51,660 nt of DNA from a bacterium (GTDB lineage Bacteria; Zhuqueibacterota; Zhuqueibacteria; Oceanimicrobiales; Oceanimicrobiaceae), in contig JBHHXN010000016.1 of assembly GCA_046757025.1 (NCBI GenBank), positions 1-51,660 of the forward strand, given 5' to 3'. Both the position numbers and the translations under genes were made by a program. A model generated the notes under the pieces. The model had not been told where the DNA came from, searched no databases, and was given only the letters and a program-made list of their open reading frames with translations. Positions 48,185 through 51,660 of this stretch are shown here, in pieces. Positions within the stretch are counted from its first letter, which is position 1, and each line of letters opens with the position of its first letter.

Positions 48185-49485
48185 TGCGATTATTTTTTGA
48201 AAAATTAAAAATCTTGTCTGAGCATCTGATCATCTTGGACAACACCTTTCGTTCAAAAAGCAACTACTCGCTACAACGTGATTATGACATTTACGAAGAA
48301 AACCTCAAACGATTTGAGGAAATTGCAAACGACAGAAGTATTAAGCACGTCAACATTAAAGTTTGCAGCAGCGACAAAAAGGCTACAAAAAAGGAAGTAA
48401 GTTTTTTAGATGAAATTTATCATCAAGATAATCGGCAAATGAAATTGGCCGACATGATTGAGTTTTTATTTTTTTCAAGAGGGATCTATTTCCTGATTCA
48501 GTCTGAGAAATACTTTAAAAGTGATAGGATTCCTATTTTCCTTGAGTTGATTTTAAGGTTTGTCAACCTTCTGATGGTTTATGAATCGCTCACTGTTGAT
48601 GCAAAACTTAGAAGGAGTTTTTTGGACAATTTGAAATCAATTATTAATGGGGAGGATGGATTTGATGAATTATACAGATGGCGTGGCAAGGTCGGACTGA
48701 ACAAAAAGAACAAGGATTACGACTCTGATGCCCCAAACCCTTACTTTGACAGTTTGTTGCCAAAAACTGCAGGTGGATTATGGCATGAAATGCTGGTGTT
48801 TAGCTTTATTCTAAAATACAACATTGGATATATATTCCCGCTATTACTTAATCAGAAACCAATTTCTCGCACGAGTAAATTGTCCCCGCCAGATTTAATA
48901 ATTTTGCATCACAAAACATACCGCTATTATGGCATCGAAATAGGAAACTTAAAAGAGAGGCAATCGGGTGGATTTATGGCACCAAGCGGCATTCCAGTCA
49001 TCCCAATTGACACCCTGAATGCAAGAATTTCAGACAGATGTCCATCCTGTCAACGATGGATAGGTCTTTGTCACAAAGTGATTAAGGATTTCTCGACGAT
49101 TCGCGAAAATGGCTTAGATCCAGATAATGAAATAAGATGCTTAACTGATTGCGAATATTTTTCATTAGAAGAGAAGGTCGATGGAAAATGTCTTTACATG
49201 AAATTTCGCTGTAAGACAAAATCAATTAATGAAATTGAAACACAATATTCCGACGGAAATCATTATCATTACCAATGCTGCCTTCAAGGCAACAACAGGT
49301 TAAAGGACGCAATTACAAAAGACAAAAATTACCGTGACCTTGAAAAACTTGATGTATTGATGAAAAGAAAAGATAGCTCAAGGACCGAGTTGCAAAGTAA
49401 ATTGCGAAGCAAATTTTCCTATATCAAAACCCATTCAGTTTATTATTCAGAGCTTGTGAAACTTTACGAAATGAATTTAGATTGA
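48184..49485 (+). CDS. Unknown 433-aa protein, candidate PD-(D/E)xK-like nuclease with Cys/His-rich region
   Basis: GGLWHE...PPDLIIL...YYGIEIG; RCPSC...LC...RC..DC...KC...HYHYQCC; TAATG overlap with the MTase stop. Confidence 0.55.
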   Translation: MRLFFEKLKILSEHLIILDNTFRSKSNYSLQRDYDIYEENLKRFEEIANDRSIKHVNIKVCSSDKKATKKEVSFLDEIYHQDNRQMKLADMIEFLFFSRGIYFLIQSEKYFKSDRIPIFLELILRFVNLLMVYESLTVDAKLRRSFLDNLKSIINGEDGFDELYRWRGKVGLNKKNKDYDSDAPNPYFDSLLPKTAGGLWHEMLVFSFILKYNIGYIFPLLLNQKPISRTSKLSPPDLIILHHKTYRYYGIEIGNLKERQSGGFMAPSGIPVIPIDTLNARISDRCPSCQRWIGLCHKVIKDFSTIRENGLDPDNEIRCLTDCEYFSLEEKVDGKCLYMKFRCKTKSINEIETQYSDGNHYHYQCCLQGNNRLKDAITKDKNYRDLEKLDVLMKRKDSSRTELQSKLRSKFSYIKTHSVYYSELVKLYEMNLD

Positions 49486-49508
49486 CTGTTTAATTTAGGC
49501 GATTAAGT

Positions 49509-50285
49509 TTGGGGTTAACTAAAGATACCAAAAAGCAGGTGAAAACATTGCTCAAAAGTAGCCTGCAAAAGAAGTTTCAAAATTACTCTCCTGAGACAAG
49601 ACACATGCCATTCCATTACAGATTACTTGGGAAAGACCGAATGGCGTTGTTTTCCTTCATTCAGTCGTTAAACACGACATTTGGTACATCGATTTATGAA
49701 CCCGTTGCAGTTGTCTTGGCAGAAAACAGATTTTCTATCGCTAAGACACAAATAAAACCCCATAATTATATCAGCTCTGAAGCGCACACTAAAATCCAAC
49801 GCATCATGGATGAGTTGACCATAGCGGCAAAGGAGCCCGACAAGACAACTGAAATTGAATCGCTTCGAAGCGTTTGCCAGTCTGGTCATTTGAACAAAGT
49901 TAAATTAACAAAAGTTGATATTTGGCTGGAACGTTCTGACGATGAATTGTTCCTGATTGATATGAAGACAGTCAAGCCAAACATCGGTGAGTTTAAGGGC
50001 TTTAAACGCACTTTATTGGAATGGGCAGCAGCCGAGATGGCCAAGAATCCAAAGGTTCGTGTCTGGACTATCATTGGGATCCCCTATAATCCTTACGAGC
50101 CAAAGCCTTATGATCGGTGGACAATGAAGGGTATGTTTGATTTGAGGCAGGAGATACTTGTTGCGGAGGAGCTTTGGGATTTTATCGGTGGCAAAGGAAC
50201 TTACCAAGATTTGCTTGATTGTTTTGAACAAGCAGGTCTTGAACTTCGCCCAGAAATTGACCAATACTTTCGTAAATTTAAATAA
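49509..50285 (+). CDS. Type II restriction endonuclease, TdeIII/MjaII family
   Basis: PFHYRLLG...FSFIQSLNTTFGTSIYE; VDIWL...LIDMKTVKPN catalytic D..DxK; IPYNPY; ELWDFIGG. Confidence 0.82.
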   Translation: MGLTKDTKKQVKTLLKSSLQKKFQNYSPETRHMPFHYRLLGKDRMALFSFIQSLNTTFGTSIYEPVAVVLAENRFSIAKTQIKPHNYISSEAHTKIQRIMDELTIAAKEPDKTTEIESLRSVCQSGHLNKVKLTKVDIWLERSDDELFLIDMKTVKPNIGEFKGFKRTLLEWAAAEMAKNPKVRVWTIIGIPYNPYEPKPYDRWTMKGMFDLRQEILVAEELWDFIGGKGTYQDLLDCFEQAGLELRPEIDQYFRKFK

Positions 50286-50298
50286 AGGGACTTTTCAA

Positions 50299-50487
50299 AT
50301 GAACCTAAACAAAATAATCTACTCAATCAATATCGAAGACGTTCAAACAGTCGCTGAGGAAGAATTCGGAAGAGAACTTACCGATGATGAATTGAAATTT
50401 GTGGAGGACAAAATTGGCGGTTATATTGACTGGTATGACACAATAAGTTTAGCCTTCAGTTATTTAAACAACGATAAAAGCGATTAA
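50299..50487 (+). CDS. Small acidic hypothetical protein (62 aa)
   Basis: MNLNKIIYSINIEDVQTVAEEEFGRELTDDEL...IDWYDTI; starts 13 bp after the REase stop. Confidence 0.6.
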   Translation: MNLNKIIYSINIEDVQTVAEEEFGRELTDDELKFVEDKIGGYIDWYDTISLAFSYLNNDKSD

Positions 50488-50506
50488 ATACCATAAAGGA
50501 TAACAA

Positions 50507-51118
50507 ATGCCCAAACTCGACCTCAAAAAACAGCTCAACCACCTCTACTACCCCTCGAAAAAAGAGGTGACCGTCGTCGATGTGCCTGAAATGAATTTCC
50601 TCATGATCGACGGGCAGGGCGACCCGAACACGTCCGAAGTGTACCAGCAAGCCGTCGAAGCATTGTTTACAGTTTCCTACACCCTGAAATTCATGATCAA
50701 AAAAGGCGAAACCGCCATCGACTATGCGGTCATGCCGCTGGAAGGATTGTGGTGGGCCGAGGACATGTCGCAGTTCAGCGCCGAAAATAAAGACGCCTGG
50801 CTCTGGACCGCCATGATCATGCAGCCGGAATACGTGACCAGGGAATTGTTTGAAGAAGCCAAAATGCAGGCGGCGAAAAAGAAAGACTTGCCGGCTCTGC
50901 CGCGCATGCGCTTTGAAGCGTTCCACGAGGGCCAGGCGGCGCAGATCATGCACATCGGGCCCTATTCCGAAGAGGGACCGACCATCGGAAAAATTCATAA
51001 CTTTATCAGAGAACAGGGCGGTAAGCTGCGCGGCAAACACCACGAGATCTACCTCGGCGATCCCCGACGCACCGCCCCGGAAAAGCTGAAGACGGTGATC
51101 CGGCAGGCGTTTGGGTAA
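50507..51118 (+). CDS. GyrI-like small-molecule-binding domain protein
   Basis: FLMIDGQGDPN, VMPLEGLWW, QIMHIGPYSEE, HHEIYLGDPRR. Confidence 0.88.
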   Translation: MPKLDLKKQLNHLYYPSKKEVTVVDVPEMNFLMIDGQGDPNTSEVYQQAVEALFTVSYTLKFMIKKGETAIDYAVMPLEGLWWAEDMSQFSAENKDAWLWTAMIMQPEYVTRELFEEAKMQAAKKKDLPALPRMRFEAFHEGQAAQIMHIGPYSEEGPTIGKIHNFIREQGGKLRGKHHEIYLGDPRRTAPEKLKTVIRQAFG

Positions 51119-51120
51119 AA

Positions 51121-51201
51121 GTTTCGAGTTCCGAGTTCCGAGTTTCGAGTTCCGAGTTCCGAGTTTCGAGTTTCGAGTTTCGAGTTTCGAGTTTCGAGTT
51201 T
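51121..51201 (+). repeat. Tandem heptamer array (GTTYCGA) x11
   Basis: Counted directly: 11 units of gtttcga/gttccga plus gttt. Confidence 0.95.
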
Positions 51202-51223
51202 AAAATTTTGTGTGAGTTAAAAA

Positions 51224-51613
51224 ATGGCTACTTTTAAGAGTTTTGAGGAAATTGAATGCTGGCAAAAAGCCCGGAAACTTACCCGAGAAATATATGCCCT
51301 CACAAACCGGGAAGCCTTTTCCAAAGATTTTGGACTGCTGGATCAAATTCGCAGAGCTTCTGTTTCAATAATGAGCAATATAGCTGAAGGCTTTGAAAGA
51401 AACGGGAATCGTGAGTTTTTACAATTCCTTGCCATGGCAAAAGGCTCCACGGGTGAAGTTAAGACACAACTTTATGTTGCACTAGATCAGAACTATATCA
51501 ACAAAAAAACATTTGAACATCTTTTTGCTTTAACATCCGAAATCGGGAGTATGATAGGTGGGTTAATGGGCTACCTAGTAAAAACAAACTTCAAAGGCAC
51601 AAAATTCAAATGA
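51224..51613 (+). CDS. Four-helix-bundle protein (23S rRNA IVP / bAvd-like family)
   Basis: FEEIECWQKA...DQIRRASVSIMSNIAEGFER...EFLQFL..AKGS..EV.TQL. Confidence 0.92.
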   Translation: MATFKSFEEIECWQKARKLTREIYALTNREAFSKDFGLLDQIRRASVSIMSNIAEGFERNGNREFLQFLAMAKGSTGEVKTQLYVALDQNYINKKTFEHLFALTSEIGSMIGGLMGYLVKTNFKGTKFK

Positions 51614-51633
51614 GCCCGCAGCGTTGGTTCCCC

Positions 51634-51660
51634 AACTCAAAACCCGAAACTCGAAACTCG
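51634..51660 (-). repeat. Inverted copy of the heptamer array (runs off the window end)
   Basis: aactcaa-aacccga-aactcga-aactcg = reverse complement of GTTTCGA-type units. Confidence 0.8.

Noticed and set aside
51121..51201. CRISPR array
   Set aside because: Contiguous 7-bp units with no spacers; no cas genes
51224..51613. Diversity-generating retroelement (Avd)
   Set aside because: No reverse transcriptase or TR/VR pair in the window; sequence beyond the right edge is unseen

Overview
A 51.7-kb bacterial chromosomal segment. The gene content (TonB receptor + CTD-type protein + PorV-like barrel, GWxTD protein, NtrC-type regulator) suggests an FCB-group lineage such as KSB1/Calditrichota; this placement is inference only. 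Housekeeping blocks: tRNA-Leu-tig-clpP-clpX-lon-engB-class V aminotransferase-serA, mlaEFD, an ABC exporter, a Na/Pi symporter + PhoU, and lexA. Best leads: (1) a probable DUF3179-type seleno-lipoprotein split by an in-frame TGA at 9437 with a SECIS-like hairpin behind it; (2) a Cys-rich, PD-(D/E)xK-like unknown gene between the methyltransferase and endonuclease of an AT-rich MjaII/TdeIII-type R-M locus; (3) two structured intergenic loci (34.6 kb and 40.2 kb) sharing an identical 15-mer plus flanking blocks, a candidate sRNA family or sRNA pair; (4) a sigma54-driven TonB receptor/CTD protein/PorV cassette; (5) a MITE family with shared terminal repeats, one copy in the lexA leader; (6) a four-helix-bundle gene in inverted heptamer arrays; (7) a class II aldolase with a microcompartment encapsulation-peptide-like tail. 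No database searches were run; all calls come from motif recognition by eye.
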